Below are positions 28,252 through 37,468 of a stretch of 64,000 bases of DNA, piece by piece. Made by a program: the position numbers and the translations under genes. Location: the NCBI GenBank assembly GCA_050015255.1, contig JBEKBT010000004.1:3551-67550 (forward strand), read 5' to 3'. This DNA is from Acidimicrobiales bacterium (GTDB taxonomy: Bacteria > Actinomycetota > Acidimicrobiia > Acidimicrobiales > Bog-793). The notes below the pieces were generated by a model. That model made no database searches, was not told where the DNA came from, and saw only the letters and a program-made list of their open reading frames with translations. Positions within the stretch are counted from its first letter, which is position 1. The number at the start of each line of letters is the position of its first letter.

Positions 28252-29903
28252 CGCGCGCTCTCGTTTCTCGGCTCCGGCGAAAGCGTTGGTGCCGGTGCCG
28301 ACGCGGCGAGTGCCGACGCGACCTCCTCGACGGTGAGCCACTCGGCCGGAGCGAGGATGCGGGCGACCTGGGAGGCAAGACCGGCCGAATGGCAAACGAC
28401 GGAGCGGGCCGGGCCGTCGGTGATCACCTCACCGTCCGCGAGCACGACGACTCGATCAGCGACCTCGGCGACCAGCTCCACGTCATGGGTGGCGACGACG
28501 ACGCAGTGGCCGCGCGCCGCCAGCTGGCGGAGCTGGAGGGACAACCGCTCCTTGGCGCCGTAGTCGAGACCGCGCGTCGGCTCGTCCAGCAACAACAGCG
28601 GCGGCTCGGGCGCCAGCACCAGCGCCAGCGCCAACGCGAGCCGCTGGCCCTCGGAGAGGTCCTTCGGATGGGCGCTGTCGGAGATGCCGCTCACGAGCGA
28701 CTCGAGGACCGCACGTGTCGCCCCCTCGGCGAGTCCCCCGTCCCGGTCGCCGTCCCGGCATTCTGCCGCCACGGTCTCGGCGCAAAGGAGGGCGCCGGGG
28801 TCCTGGGGGACGAGACCGACGAGCCGGATCGCCTCGGTTGCGCTGAGCGTGGCGGGCGCGCGGCCGAGGACCTCCACCGAGCCCCGCTGGGCCCGGCGGA
28901 GTCCGACGAGGTGGTTGAGGAGCGTTGACTTGCCGGACCCGTTTCGTCCCATGAGGGCCACGACCTCGCCTTGGTGGAGATCGAGGGTGACCTCCGCGAG
29001 GGCAGGGATCGGCCCGTAGGAGGCGCTGAGAGCCTTCACCTTGGCCACGCGGTCACCTCGAGGCGCGGTGACGACAGGGCGCCGGACCGCCTCCAGGCGC
29101 CGGCGCAGCTCTGGTGCCAGGCGGCGGGCGTCCCGGACCGAGAGCGGGACAGGTGACCATCCGGCGACACGGGCGAGACGGACGACCGGTGGCGCCAGCT
29201 CTGCGGTGGCGAAGATCTCTGCCGGCACGCCACTTCGCACCTCGCCCGGGGCAGCACCGAGCGCGACCACGACATCGGCGAACTGCACGATGCGCTCGAG
29301 GCGGTGCTCGGCGACGAGGATGGTGGTGCCCTGGTCATGGACGAGGCGCGCCAGCGAGGCCAGCACCTCCTCGGCTGAGACGGGATCGAGCGATGACGTC
29401 GGCTCGTCGAGCACGAGCGCGCGGGGCGAGGCGGTGAAGGCGGCACCGATGGCGACGCGCTGGCGCTGGCCGCCGGAAAGGGTCGTGATGGCCCGCTGAC
29501 GCAGCGCGTGCAGGTTCAAGGTGTCCAGCACTTCTTCGACGCGCCGGCGCATCGTCGCCGCGTCCACGCCCAGGTTCTCCATGGCATAGCCGAGCTCGTC
29601 CTCGACCGTGTCCGCGACGAAGGTGGCGTCGGCGTCCTGGCCCACATAGCCGACGGCGTCGGCGAGGTCACGAGGTCGGTACTTCTCGGTGCTGCGCCCG
29701 TCGACGCTGACCGTGCCGTTGAGCCGGCCGCCGGAAAAGTGCGGGACGAGGCCGTTCACACAGCGCAGCAGCGTCGACTTCCCAGCGCCGGTGGCGCCGA
29801 TGACGAGGGCGAAATGACCTTCTTCGATCGTCAGGCTGACGTTGTCGATCACCGGTGCCGGAGCATCGGGATAGGTGACCGTGACTCGGTCGAAGCTGAT
29901 CAC
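28248..29903 (-). CDS. ECF transporter ATPase, fused EcfA1-EcfA2 (two ABC domains)
   Basis: Two Walker A motifs (GATGAGKST, GRNGSGKST) and two ABC signatures (LSGGQRQR, LSEGQRLAL). Confidence 0.9.
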   Translation of the reverse strand: MISFDRVTVTYPDAPAPVIDNVSLTIEEGHFALVIGATGAGKSTLLRCVNGLVPHFSGGRLNGTVSVDGRSTEKYRPRDLADAVGYVGQDADATFVADTVEDELGYAMENLGVDAATMRRRVEEVLDTLNLHALRQRAITTLSGGQRQRVAIGAAFTASPRALVLDEPTSSLDPVSAEEVLASLARLVHDQGTTILVAEHRLERIVQFADVVVALGAAPGEVRSGVPAEIFATAELAPPVVRLARVAGWSPVPLSVRDARRLAPELRRRLEAVRRPVVTAPRGDRVAKVKALSASYGPIPALAEVTLDLHQGEVVALMGRNGSGKSTLLNHLVGLRRAQRGSVEVLGRAPATLSATEAIRLVGLVPQDPGALLCAETVAAECRDGDRDGGLAEGATRAVLESLVSGISDSAHPKDLSEGQRLALALALVLAPEPPLLLLDEPTRGLDYGAKERLSLQLRQLAARGHCVVVATHDVELVAEVADRVVVLADGEVITDGPARSVVCHSAGLASQVARILAPAEWLTVEEVASALAASAPAPTLSPEPRNESAR

Positions 29904-30994
29904 GCCGCGACCTCCTGCAGCTGGGCGCGCACCGGTGCCGGTGCCGGTGCGACGACCGACGGCAAGGTGGCGATGAGGATGCCGGCCAGCGCGGCGAGGG
30001 GGACAGCTGGCAGCCCGAGGGGGTAGAGCGGCTGGGTGAGCGAGCTCGGGTCGCTGCCGGCTGCCACAACAGCGCCAGCCGCGAGCAGCCCGCTACCGAC
30101 GACGAGCCACTCGGCTGCGCGCCAGCGGTCGGGTCGGTAGCGGCTCCGTGAACCGTGGGATGCGCCTGCCATCCCACCGATGACCAGGGCGCCGCCGAGG
30201 ATGATGACGGCCAGGCCGATTCCCGACGCCGAGCCGGAGTCGAGCACCTCGAACAGGCCGACGCCGAGCCCGACGAGGCCCGCGAGCGTCGCTGCCGCGG
30301 TGAGACGGCGCCGCTTCGGAGAGCTGGAGCGACGACCGAACCCGCGGGCGTCCATCGACGCCGCCAGCGCAACCGAGCGCTCGAGGGCACCATCGAGGAC
30401 CGGGATCGCCAGGCCGCGCCATCCTCTCAAGCCGGTCGTCGCGCGGCCCCTCAGGCGGCGGGCGTCTCGGACCCGGGCGATCGAGAGCACGACCTGTGGG
30501 GTGAACGAGATCGCCACGGTCACAGCCACCGCCACCTCGTAAAGACCGGCCGGCACGCATCGCAAGAGCCGGAAAGAGCTCGCCAGGGAGTTGGCCGCGC
30601 CAAAGCACGCCAGGATCACGGCGATCTGCAGTCCCTGGCAGAACGCCCCGATGGCGGCTTGGGCGGTTACCGGGCCGCCGATCGTCACACCGGCGGCCCA
30701 GTGGGGGAGCGGGACCGAGGGAAGGGTGAACCACGTGTCCCCGGGGACCCGGTCACCGAAGAGGACTTGGACGGCGACCCGGATGGCGATGACGAAAAGG
30801 CCGAGCCGCAGCAGGGCGCCGAAAGACCTGGCCCAAGGGCTGTTTCCTCGCCTCGTGGACACGACCCAGGCGACGACCGCCAAGATGAGGCCGAGCAGGA
30901 GCAGGTTCGTCGTGCGGCTGGCCGCGACCGCCAGCGTCCCCGCCCAGCACCACCAGGCGATCGGGTGCAACGGCTGCAGGCGGCGGCGCAGCAT
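29900..30994 (-). CDS. ECF transporter transmembrane (T) component, CbiQ/EcfT family
   Basis: 364-aa polytopic protein with the EcfT-type ARG coupling motifs (VRDARRLRG, MDARGFG). It overlaps the ATPase gene by 4 nt. Confidence 0.8.
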   Translation of the reverse strand: MLRRRLQPLHPIAWWCWAGTLAVAASRTTNLLLLGLILAVVAWVVSTRRGNSPWARSFGALLRLGLFVIAIRVAVQVLFGDRVPGDTWFTLPSVPLPHWAAGVTIGGPVTAQAAIGAFCQGLQIAVILACFGAANSLASSFRLLRCVPAGLYEVAVAVTVAISFTPQVVLSIARVRDARRLRGRATTGLRGWRGLAIPVLDGALERSVALAASMDARGFGRRSSSPKRRRLTAAATLAGLVGLGVGLFEVLDSGSASGIGLAVIILGGALVIGGMAGASHGSRSRYRPDRWRAAEWLVVGSGLLAAGAVVAAGSDPSSLTQPLYPLGLPAVPLAALAGILIATLPSVVAPAPAPVRAQLQEVAA

Positions 30995-31930
30995 CTAGCT
31001 GGCGTGACTACTCTTGCGACGAGAGCGGCCGTAGGCCCCGGCGCCGATGAGAACGATGAGGGCGACACAGAGGATGACAAGGCCCTTTCTCGTTCTCGTT
31101 CCGCTCCTGCTGTCGGCGGACTGGCGGACCGGACCGGCCGCGTTGGCGCCAAGAGTGGTGTTCCCCTTGCCGCCGCCACCGGCGTTCGACCGAGACGAGG
31201 AAGAAGACTTGCCGGCCGTCCCCGGTGGCCGCGTCGTGGCCGTCGCTGTCCCCATCGTTGTTGCAGGCATTTCCAGCTCCGTCGGGTTCGAGGGAGCTCG
31301 CGGCGGCGGATCGGCGGGAGTGGCGCTCCCGTCGGGCTCGAAACGCCACCCCTCGACGTCGCCTTTGGAGACCGTCCATTCCCCGGGTCCGTCGCTCGCG
31401 TACTGCCAGCGCTTGCCACCGCCGTGCCAATAGGCCCAGTAGGCGTAGTGGTTCCCCGACTCGGTCCCGCACTCGCTCGCCGGGTAACCGTCTATGGCGC
31501 AGAGCAGGCCGGAGCCGGACGCGTCGTAGCGGGGTACTGAGTACCCGAGCAGTGGTGCCTGGGCTTGGAGGACCTGGGCGCCCGTGTCGCCGGGCCTGGT
31601 CACGATGCAGGTGACGAGCACCTTGGCATCGCGCCCGCCGAAGTCGACGACGATCGGGACAACGATCTGACCCTTGGCGAGATGCGCCGGGACCGCGCAT
31701 CTCTGCCAAGAGCTCTGGTCCTCTAGCCGTGCGCTCGACGCCGCAGGCGCCGCCCGCGCCGCACGAGCCGCAGGCCGCAGCGCCGTCGCGGCCGCAGGCC
31801 GCAGCACGGCCGTCACTGCCAGGCTGATCGTCGCGGCGAGGAGCGCAGCTGCGACTACTGCGGCGGCCGCAGCCGATCTCGGCTCAGGCCGCACCACAGC
31901 TGAGCCGGGGCTCAGCGACCGACAGCTCAC
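30995..31930 (-). CDS. SCO2322-like secreted/anchored protein with DUF4430 (transcobalamin beta-domain-like) core
   Basis: N-terminal signal-like segment. The core is VVPIVVDFGG...LCAIDGYP...YWAYWHGGGKRWQYASDGPGEWTVSKGDVEGWRF. A Pro-rich linker and a C-terminal TM anchor (LVILCVALIVLIGAGAY) follow. The start may instead be GTG 31897 or 31894. Confidence 0.65.
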   Translation of the reverse strand: MSCRSLSPGSAVVRPEPRSAAAAAVVAAALLAATISLAVTAVLRPAAATALRPAARAARAAPAASSARLEDQSSWQRCAVPAHLAKGQIVVPIVVDFGGRDAKVLVTCIVTRPGDTGAQVLQAQAPLLGYSVPRYDASGSGLLCAIDGYPASECGTESGNHYAYWAYWHGGGKRWQYASDGPGEWTVSKGDVEGWRFEPDGSATPADPPPRAPSNPTELEMPATTMGTATATTRPPGTAGKSSSSSRSNAGGGGKGNTTLGANAAGPVRQSADSRSGTRTRKGLVILCVALIVLIGAGAYGRSRRKSSHAS

Positions 31931-33032
31931 GGGGAGACATGGGCAACGCCACGCCAGCAGCGGCCGGGACTGCCTGCAGAGTGGCCAACTGGCTGGGGCT
32001 CCCGAAGTAGGAGAACTCGCCGCGCTCGCTCAGCGGCGCTTTGCAGCCGTACTGGAACCGCTCGAGGGCCTGTTCGGGCGTGGCGCCCTTGCGCATGAAC
32101 TGCTTGTCGTTGATGGCACGCAATGCGATCAGGGCCTGGATGACATACGCGGTCGAGTCAGGATCGCCCTGCTGTCCGTCGCCCGCAACGCCGAAGAAGC
32201 CGAACGACCCGTTGGTCTCCTGCGAGTTCTTGAAGAAACTCACCGCGCTGTAGGGGAACCGCCCGCCCACTGCCGCGACCGCCATGACAGCCAGCGCAGT
32301 CGTGTTCGTGTCGGGACTGGCGTAGTTCTTCGGGTTCGGCCTGGTGCACGCGGTAGCAGTCGTGACCCGGCTGTACTCCCAGCCCCCGTCGGCACACTGC
32401 AAGCTGGCCAGGTAGGCCGCGGCGAGGCGGGTCTCCTGTCCGGTGTCCTTCACCGTTGCCAACGCGAGCAGCGCGAGAGACTCATAGAACGCGTTCAGCG
32501 AGGTCCCGGTGCCGAAGGCTCCAGCCGACGACCCGCTCAGCTGCTCGGTGTTCTCGAGCCTGGCGACGAGGTCGTCCGACCTGGCCTGGCCATCGAAGTG
32601 GACCGGGTCGGCGCCCGCCGCGACGCCGGCAAGAATGACAAGCCCGAGCCTTCCCGGGTTGTCCACGCCGCTCGAAGAAACGTAGGAGGCGAAGTTGTGC
32701 TCGAGCCAGTTGGTGGCGGCCTTTACCTGGTTGGCACCCTCGCCCGCGGCGACGAGGGCCAAGATGGCATTCGCCGTGTCACCGGCACTGGGCTGGTGTG
32801 ATTCGGCGTCGACGAGCGCTCCGCTCGCGCTCATGTCGCGAGCGATCCAGCCTGCCCCGGCGCCAGCCGCGGTCACACTCGCGGCGCTGGTTGCTCGAGA
32901 CCCAGGCCCGGCGCCAGCCGCCGAGGCGACCGGCCTGGCGCCAGCCGCCGAGGCGACCGGCACGATGGCCCCGAGGCCGAGCAACGATGCCACAAGGCAG
33001 GCTCGGGCCGCCCGACCGGCGGAAGTTGGCAT
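31884..33032 (-). CDS. secreted prenyltransferase/squalene-oxidase-repeat (alpha/alpha-toroid) protein
   Basis: Signal peptide (ACLVASLLGLGAIVPVASA). Repeated aromatic/Gly motifs typical of the terpenoid-cyclase/prenyltransferase repeat (CADGGWEYS, ETNGSFGFF). ATG 33032 follows GGGAGAGG. A 27-bp in-frame tandem repeat lies at 32910-32963. Confidence 0.7.
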   Translation of the reverse strand: MPTSAGRAARACLVASLLGLGAIVPVASAAGARPVASAAGAGPGSRATSAASVTAAGAGAGWIARDMSASGALVDAESHQPSAGDTANAILALVAAGEGANQVKAATNWLEHNFASYVSSSGVDNPGRLGLVILAGVAAGADPVHFDGQARSDDLVARLENTEQLSGSSAGAFGTGTSLNAFYESLALLALATVKDTGQETRLAAAYLASLQCADGGWEYSRVTTATACTRPNPKNYASPDTNTTALAVMAVAAVGGRFPYSAVSFFKNSQETNGSFGFFGVAGDGQQGDPDSTAYVIQALIALRAINDKQFMRKGATPEQALERFQYGCKAPLSERGEFSYFGSPSQLATLQAVPAAAGVALPMSPRELSVAEPRLSCGAA

Positions 33033-33039
33033 GAAGGTC

Positions 33040-33224
33040 CTCTCCCGGCTACTGGATCCCGGAGAGGGCTGAGAGACCGCTGCCGTACCGGTTCCCAGTC
33101 CCCGCGTTCCTCGACGGTTAGTAGGACTCACCACCAGCAGGTTTCCCGGCTTGCGAGGAAGCACCTCGCCTACGGTTGCGGGCCAGCGCCGGACTTCACC
33201 GGACTTCCCCTACCTGGCAGTGAG
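33040..33224 (-). promoter_or_regulatory. cobalamin (B12) riboswitch with RBS-sequestering expression platform
   Basis: The minus-strand RNA reads CUCACUGCCAGGUAGGGGAAGUCCGGUGAAGUCCGGCGCUGGCCCGCAACCGUAGGCGAGGUGCUUCCUCGCAAGCCGGGAAACCUGCUGGUGGUGAG (aptamer 33127-33224). It has the GGGAA...CCGGUGAA.UCCGG...CCCGCAACCGUA core and a B12-box-like AAGCCGGGAAACCUGCUGG. CUCAC/GUGAG closes P1. Downstream, CUCUCC can pair with GGAGAG of the RBS just before ATG 33032. Confidence 0.85.
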
Positions 33225-33306
33225 ACGGCCGAAGCCGCCGAGACGAAGGGTAGCAGAGCCGCCCCTCGGCCCACTCGTCGTGCGCAGGGCGCCGCGGAGC
33301 TGGGGA

Positions 33307-34708
33307 TCAGGGTGGGTCGCTCCAGGCAAGGCCGGCAATTGCAACCGCAACCGGTGTCAGAGGGGCTTTGAGACCACGGGGCGCGGCCGACTTCGCAAGG
33401 CACCGGAGCGTGAGGGTGAGCTTCGTGCCTCCGTTCACCCAGCTCAGGCCGATCTGGTACCAGTGAAAGCCGGGACGCAGCAAGAGGGTCCGGGCCACGG
33501 TGGCGTCGGGGCTGCGCACAACGATGCGCTGCCTCCCCCCCGGGCAGCCGATCGGCTCCAGCTCGAGCGCAACAACGGTCCTGCCACCCCGGAGTCGTAA
33601 CGTGGACATCAGGCCTCGCGTCTGCTCCCAGGCCTGGGGTCCAGAGCGCTGGCCGGCCTCGGCTGCGTGCTGGATCTTGCCTGTCCAACCCGCCCCGAGC
33701 AGGTCGAGCTGACCGTGCAGGCGCCGCACCGCAGCCCCGGTCCGGAGGGCGGGGGCCAGCGTCCACGACAATGGGACGAGGCTCGTCGCTATCACCCAGG
33801 CGCCGAGCCCCGCCTGGACAAGGTGGGGGAACCGGCACCGACCACCCCTTGGTCGCCTGGTAGAAGGCGATGGGGTCGCGGAAGGCGACGAGGAGATAGA
33901 GGGCGTAGCCGAGCAGTCCAGATACCGAGACAAGCGCCTGGCTGGCGAGCATCGCCAAAGACCGCCAGCTGATCGACCTGGTCGAGACGAGGCGGTTCAG
34001 CTCCCACACGACAAAACCAACGGCAAACGCGACGCCGAGGGGGTTCGCCCCGCTGGCGAGCCCCACGACGAGGGCGACGAGCCACGGCCGGTGACGTTGC
34101 GCGAAGAAGAGGGCGAGGAAGCACAGCACGCAGAACAGAGCGCTGTAGTAGCCCATGATGTCGACCACCACCGGGGGGCTCACGAGAAACATCGTCAGCC
34201 ACGCCAGCGCCTCGCGCCCGCTTGCGCCCTGCCCGCGGGCGACCAGGACGAGCAGCGCGGCCGCAACTGCCTGGAACACGATGCTCGAGCCGACGGCGAT
34301 GCGACTTATCGGCAGGCCGGTGAGCAGGTGCGCTGCCCGTTCGAAAAGCGGGTAGAGCGGGAAGAAGTTCGGGTTCTGCTGGAGGGGGCTGTGCGGGTTC
34401 CACGAATAGCCGTGGAGCGCGATGTTGCGATACCAGGAGGCGTCCCACCTCATGAGGACGCGCCAGAGGCTGGCGTGGGGAGGAAGAAGGATCGCGACGA
34501 CGAGCAGGCAGACGCTGCTCGAGACGAGGCTCAGCGCGACGGCGGTGAAGAGAAGCTGGCGGGTCTCAGAGCTGGGACGCGGTCCGGAACGGATGCCCCA
34601 GGCAAGAGCTGTCCCCACCGGTTCCTCAGCGGGCGGTCGCGGTTGCGACGGCGTCGTGAGCACCAAGGCGAATCTAAGTCGATTGGCACCGGCAGTGGCG
34701 AGGGACAC
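33307..34708 (-). pseudogene. mannosyltransferase-like polytopic membrane protein with an apparent +1 frameshift
   Basis: The N-terminal frame (34708 down to about 33827) is a convincing multi-TM protein (RWDASWYRNIALHGYSW, NFFPLYPLF). After ATKGWSVPVP that frame becomes Pro/Arg/Gly junk and runs through the riboswitch. A second frame (33307..33933) continues sensibly (HLVQAGLGAWVIATSLVPLSW...RIVVRSPDATVARTLLLRPGFHWYQIGLSWVNGG) and stops at 33307. Removing one base of the G5 run at 33825-33829 joins the two frames. Confidence 0.6.
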
Positions 34709-34749
34709 GGCGAGCAGGAACTGGCGTCGTCGACCACCTGAATCCGCAG

Positions 34750-34783
34750 CCGAACTAACACACCGTCCGAATTAACACACCGT
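34750..34783. repeat. 17-bp tandem repeat adjacent to the tRNA-Lys 3' end
   Basis: CCGAACTAACACACCGT (34750-34766) is followed by CCGAATTAACACACCGT (34767-34783), with one mismatch. It lies 2 nt from the CCA end of tRNA-Lys. Confidence 0.85.
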
Positions 34784-34785
34784 CG

Positions 34786-34862
34786 TGGTGCGCCCCCCGG
34801 GACTCGAACCCGGAACCTGCGGATTAAGAGTCCGTTGCTCTGCCAAATTGAGCTAGAGGCGC
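34786..34862 (-). tRNA. tRNA-Lys (anticodon CUU), CCA encoded
   Basis: The reverse complement folds as a cloverleaf. Acceptor GCGCCUC/GGGGCGC, D arm GCUC..GAGC, anticodon loop CUCUUAA, T arm CCGGG-UUCGAGU-CCCGG, then A-CCA. Length 77 nt. Confidence 0.93.
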
Positions 34863-34913
34863 GTTCGGCCGGTCAGCCTAGCCGGTCTCCCGGCCAGACG
34901 CCGCTTGAAAGAG

Positions 34914-34988
34914 GGTGACCGAGGGGACTTGAACCCCCGACCTCCAGGGCCACAACCTGGCGCTCTAACCAACTGAGCTACGGCCACC
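34914..34988 (-). tRNA. tRNA-His (anticodon GUG) with encoded G-1
   Basis: Reverse complement: G-1, acceptor GUGGCCG/CGGUCAC, anticodon stem CCAGG/CCUGG with loop UUGUGGC, T arm GGGGG-UUCAAGU-CCCCU, discriminator C. CCA is not encoded. Confidence 0.93.
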
Positions 34989-35076
34989 ACGACCGTGAGG
35001 CACGCTGCCTCTCGGTGCCCCTCAAGCATGGCACAGCGGGTGCGGTCAACCGAAGTCGCCACGGCCACGCTCACGG

Positions 35077-35436
35077 CTAGTCGACCTCGCAGACGCAGAA
35101 CTCGTTGCCCTCGGGATCGGCCATCACCTGCCACCAGCCCCCTTCGCTCCCGGTCATGGGGGTCCCCACTCGCTTGGCGCCCAGCGAGACGAGCCGTTCG
35201 ATCGTTCTCTCGGGCTCGCCGGTCATGAGGTCGAGATGCATCCTGTTCTTCATCGTCTTCGTTTCCGGGACTCGCTGCAGGTAGACGACGGGCATGCCCG
35301 GCTCCGGCGGCACAAGGTCGAGATAGGTTCCGGCCTGGTCCATGTCGCCGACGGTGTACCCGAGAGCCTCTGCCCAGAACGGCGCGAGTAGCTCCGGCGT
35401 CATACTGTCGATCCCGATCTCGATTCGGACAGCCAC
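35077..35436 (-). CDS. VOC (glyoxalase/bleomycin-resistance-like) family protein
   Basis: 119 aa. FWAEALGY...MHLDL...[17 protein letters not shown] matches the glyoxalase-like domain pattern. Confidence 0.7.
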   Translation of the reverse strand: MAVRIEIGIDSMTPELLAPFWAEALGYTVGDMDQAGTYLDLVPPEPGMPVVYLQRVPETKTMKNRMHLDLMTGEPERTIERLVSLGAKRVGTPMTGSEGGWWQVMADPEGNEFCVCEVD

Positions 35437-35565
35437 GACCGGCCTCCTTTCCTCGGCGAGCGCGGAGCCGAGGCGCCGCGTTCCGCCCAGGCAGCGGTGA
35501 CCAGCCTTCCACCGGCGCAGGTTCCGAGATCACCTACGCTTGCAGGAGCCACCGGCCCAAGCAAG

Positions 35566-35639
35566 GCCCCCGTAGCTCAGCGGAATAGAGCAGCTGCCTT
35601 CTAAGCAGACGGTCGCAGGTTCGAGTCCTGCCGGGGGTG
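35566..35639 (+). tRNA. tRNA-Arg (anticodon UCU)
   Basis: Acceptor GCCCCCG/CGGGGGU, D arm GCUC..GAGC, anticodon loop CUUCUAA, T arm GCAGG-UUCGAGU-CCUGC, discriminator G. Length 74 nt, no CCA. Confidence 0.9.
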
Positions 35640-35737
35640 CTGGCGACGACGAGGAGGAGGGGGGAACGGACCGTCAGGCCGGCTCGCCGGGCGCGCCCGG
35701 CAGACCGGCGCCTGGTTGGAGTTGACTCGGCCTGGGC

Positions 35738-35784
35738 ATGCGATGTATTGCATGATTGTGATGGAATTGATTTCAAGGTAGGCT
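35738..35784 (+). promoter_or_regulatory. candidate operator palindrome plus promoter upstream of cysK
   Basis: AT-rich patch in a GC-rich intergenic region. It holds the imperfect palindrome ATGCGAT-GT-ATTGCAT (35738-35753), a possible -35 TTGTGA (35756-35761) and a -10 TAGGCT (35779-35784) with a 17-nt spacer. By eye only. Confidence 0.3.
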
Positions 35785-35810
35785 CAGGACTCGAGAAAGG
35801 CGTGGCGACC

Positions 35811-36743
35811 ATGCAGATCGCGGACGACATCACCCAGCTCATCGGCAACACACCCCTCGTCCGGCTTCGCCGCCTGAACGAGGGCGGCGAGGCCCAGGTC
35901 GTGGCCAAGCTCGAATTTTTCAACCCCGCTCACAGCGTGAAGGACCGCATCGGGGTGGCAATGATCGACGCGGCCGAAGAGGCCGGCTTGATCGGGCCCG
36001 ACACGATCATCCTCGAGCCCACGAGTGGCAACACCGGTATCGCGCTGGCGATGGTGTGTGCAGCCCGTGGCTACAAGTGCGCCTTCACGATGCCCGAGAC
36101 CATGAGCAAGGAGCGGAGGGCGCTGCTGCGGGCCTACGGGGCCGAGCTGATCCTTACCCCGGGGCCCGAGGGCATGCCCGGGGCGATCGCCAAGGCGGAG
36201 GAGCTCGCCAAGAGCGACCTGCGGTATTTCATCCCACAGCAATTCGAAAATCCGGCCAATCCGGCTATCCACCGGGCCACCACCGCGAAGGAGATCTGGG
36301 ACGACACCGATGGCGAGGTCGACGTCGTCGTCTCCGGTGTCGGCACCGGAGGGACCATCACGGGCGTCGGCCAGGTTCTCAAGGCCCGCAAGCCGTCGGT
36401 GAAGATGATCGCCGTCGAGCCAGCGGCTTCTCCGGTCCTCTCGGGCGGCCAGAAGGGGCCTCATCCGATCCAGGGCATCGGCGCCGGCTTCGTCCCGGCG
36501 ATCCTGGACACTGGCATCGTGGACGAGATCATCACCGTCGAGAACGCGGACGCGTTCGACATCGCCCGGCGCGCGGCCCGCGAGGAAGGGCTGCTTGTTG
36601 GCATCTCGTCGGGTGCAGCGATCTGGGCGGCACTGCAGGTGGCGGCGCGTCCCGAGAGCTCAGGCAAGCTGATCGTGGTGATCATCCCGTCCTTCGGCGA
36701 GCGCTACCTCTCCACGGCGTTGTTCGAGGGCCTCACCGAGTGA
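35811..36743 (+). CDS. cysK: cysteine synthase A (O-acetylserine sulfhydrylase)
   Basis: Motifs [18 protein letters not shown] (PLP Lys), [12 protein letters not shown] and [10 protein letters not shown]. About 310 aa from ATG 35811. The upstream part of ORF 35637.. overlaps tRNA-Arg and is not coding. Confidence 0.92.
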   Translation: MQIADDITQLIGNTPLVRLRRLNEGGEAQVVAKLEFFNPAHSVKDRIGVAMIDAAEEAGLIGPDTIILEPTSGNTGIALAMVCAARGYKCAFTMPETMSKERRALLRAYGAELILTPGPEGMPGAIAKAEELAKSDLRYFIPQQFENPANPAIHRATTAKEIWDDTDGEVDVVVSGVGTGGTITGVGQVLKARKPSVKMIAVEPAASPVLSGGQKGPHPIQGIGAGFVPAILDTGIVDEIITVENADAFDIARRAAREEGLLVGISSGAAIWAALQVAARPESSGKLIVVIIPSFGERYLSTALFEGLTE

Positions 36744-36745
36744 GC

Positions 36746-37447
36746 ATGCTTGCGACCCTGCGGCGGGATCTGCTCTCGGCACGCGACCGCGACCCGGCGG
36801 CTCGGTCTTCGATCGAGATCGCGTTGTGCTATTCGGGCGTGCACGCCCTTTGGAGCCACCGCGTCTGTCACTCGTTGTGGCAGAACGACTTCAAGCTCCT
36901 GGCACGGGTGGGCTCGGCGCTGGCGCGCTGGCTTACCGGGGTCGAGATCCACCCCGCTGCCATCCTCGGCGAGGGCGTGTTCATCGACCATGCTAGTGGC
37001 GTGGTCATCGGCGAGACGGCTGAGGTTGGTGACGACGTGACCATCTACCAGGGCGTCACCCTTGGCGGCACGAGCCTCGACCGGGTGAAGCGTCACCCGA
37101 CGGTGGGCAACCGGGTCACCATCGGCGCCGGAGCCAAGGTTCTCGGCGCGATCACCATCGGTGACGACAGCCGCATCGGGGCCAACGCCGTCGTCGTGAA
37201 GTCGGTGCCCCCCAACTCGGTGGTGGTCGGCGTGCCGGGTCAGATAATCGCCCGCAGCCGACCCCATCGGGTCACGGACCGGCCTGACCTGGAGTCCGCC
37301 TTCATGCCAGACCTCCTCGGTTCCAGCCTGCAGTCGCTGCTGTCGCGTGTCGACGAGCTGGAGACGATCGTTGAGGGCCACAGGGACCATCACGACGTTC
37401 GCCCGTCCAAAGCCGGCGTGTGGTCCGGGGAAGACTTCTCGATCTAG
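36746..37447 (+). CDS. cysE: serine O-acetyltransferase
   Basis: [26 protein letters not shown], then hexapeptide repeats ([44 protein letters not shown]). ATG 36746 lies 2 nt after the cysK stop. Confidence 0.9.
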   Translation: MLATLRRDLLSARDRDPAARSSIEIALCYSGVHALWSHRVCHSLWQNDFKLLARVGSALARWLTGVEIHPAAILGEGVFIDHASGVVIGETAEVGDDVTIYQGVTLGGTSLDRVKRHPTVGNRVTIGAGAKVLGAITIGDDSRIGANAVVVKSVPPNSVVVGVPGQIIARSRPHRVTDRPDLESAFMPDLLGSSLQSLLSRVDELETIVEGHRDHHDVRPSKAGVWSGEDFSI

Positions 37448-37468
37448 AAGCCAAAGGAGGATGATGTT

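Noticed and set aside
33170-33826. The 3' ~220 codons of track ORF 33170..34708 as real coding sequence.
   Set aside because: This stretch is Pro/Arg/Gly junk that overlaps the riboswitch aptamer. An alternative frame gives sensible protein and ends at 33307, which is consistent with a frameshift at the G5 run.
35640-35810. SAM or other sulfur-metabolite riboswitch in the cysK leader.
   Set aside because: I could identify no conserved riboswitch core (SAM-I/II/IV). The likely 5' UTR after the candidate promoter is only about 20 nt. I kept only a low-confidence protein-operator palindrome.
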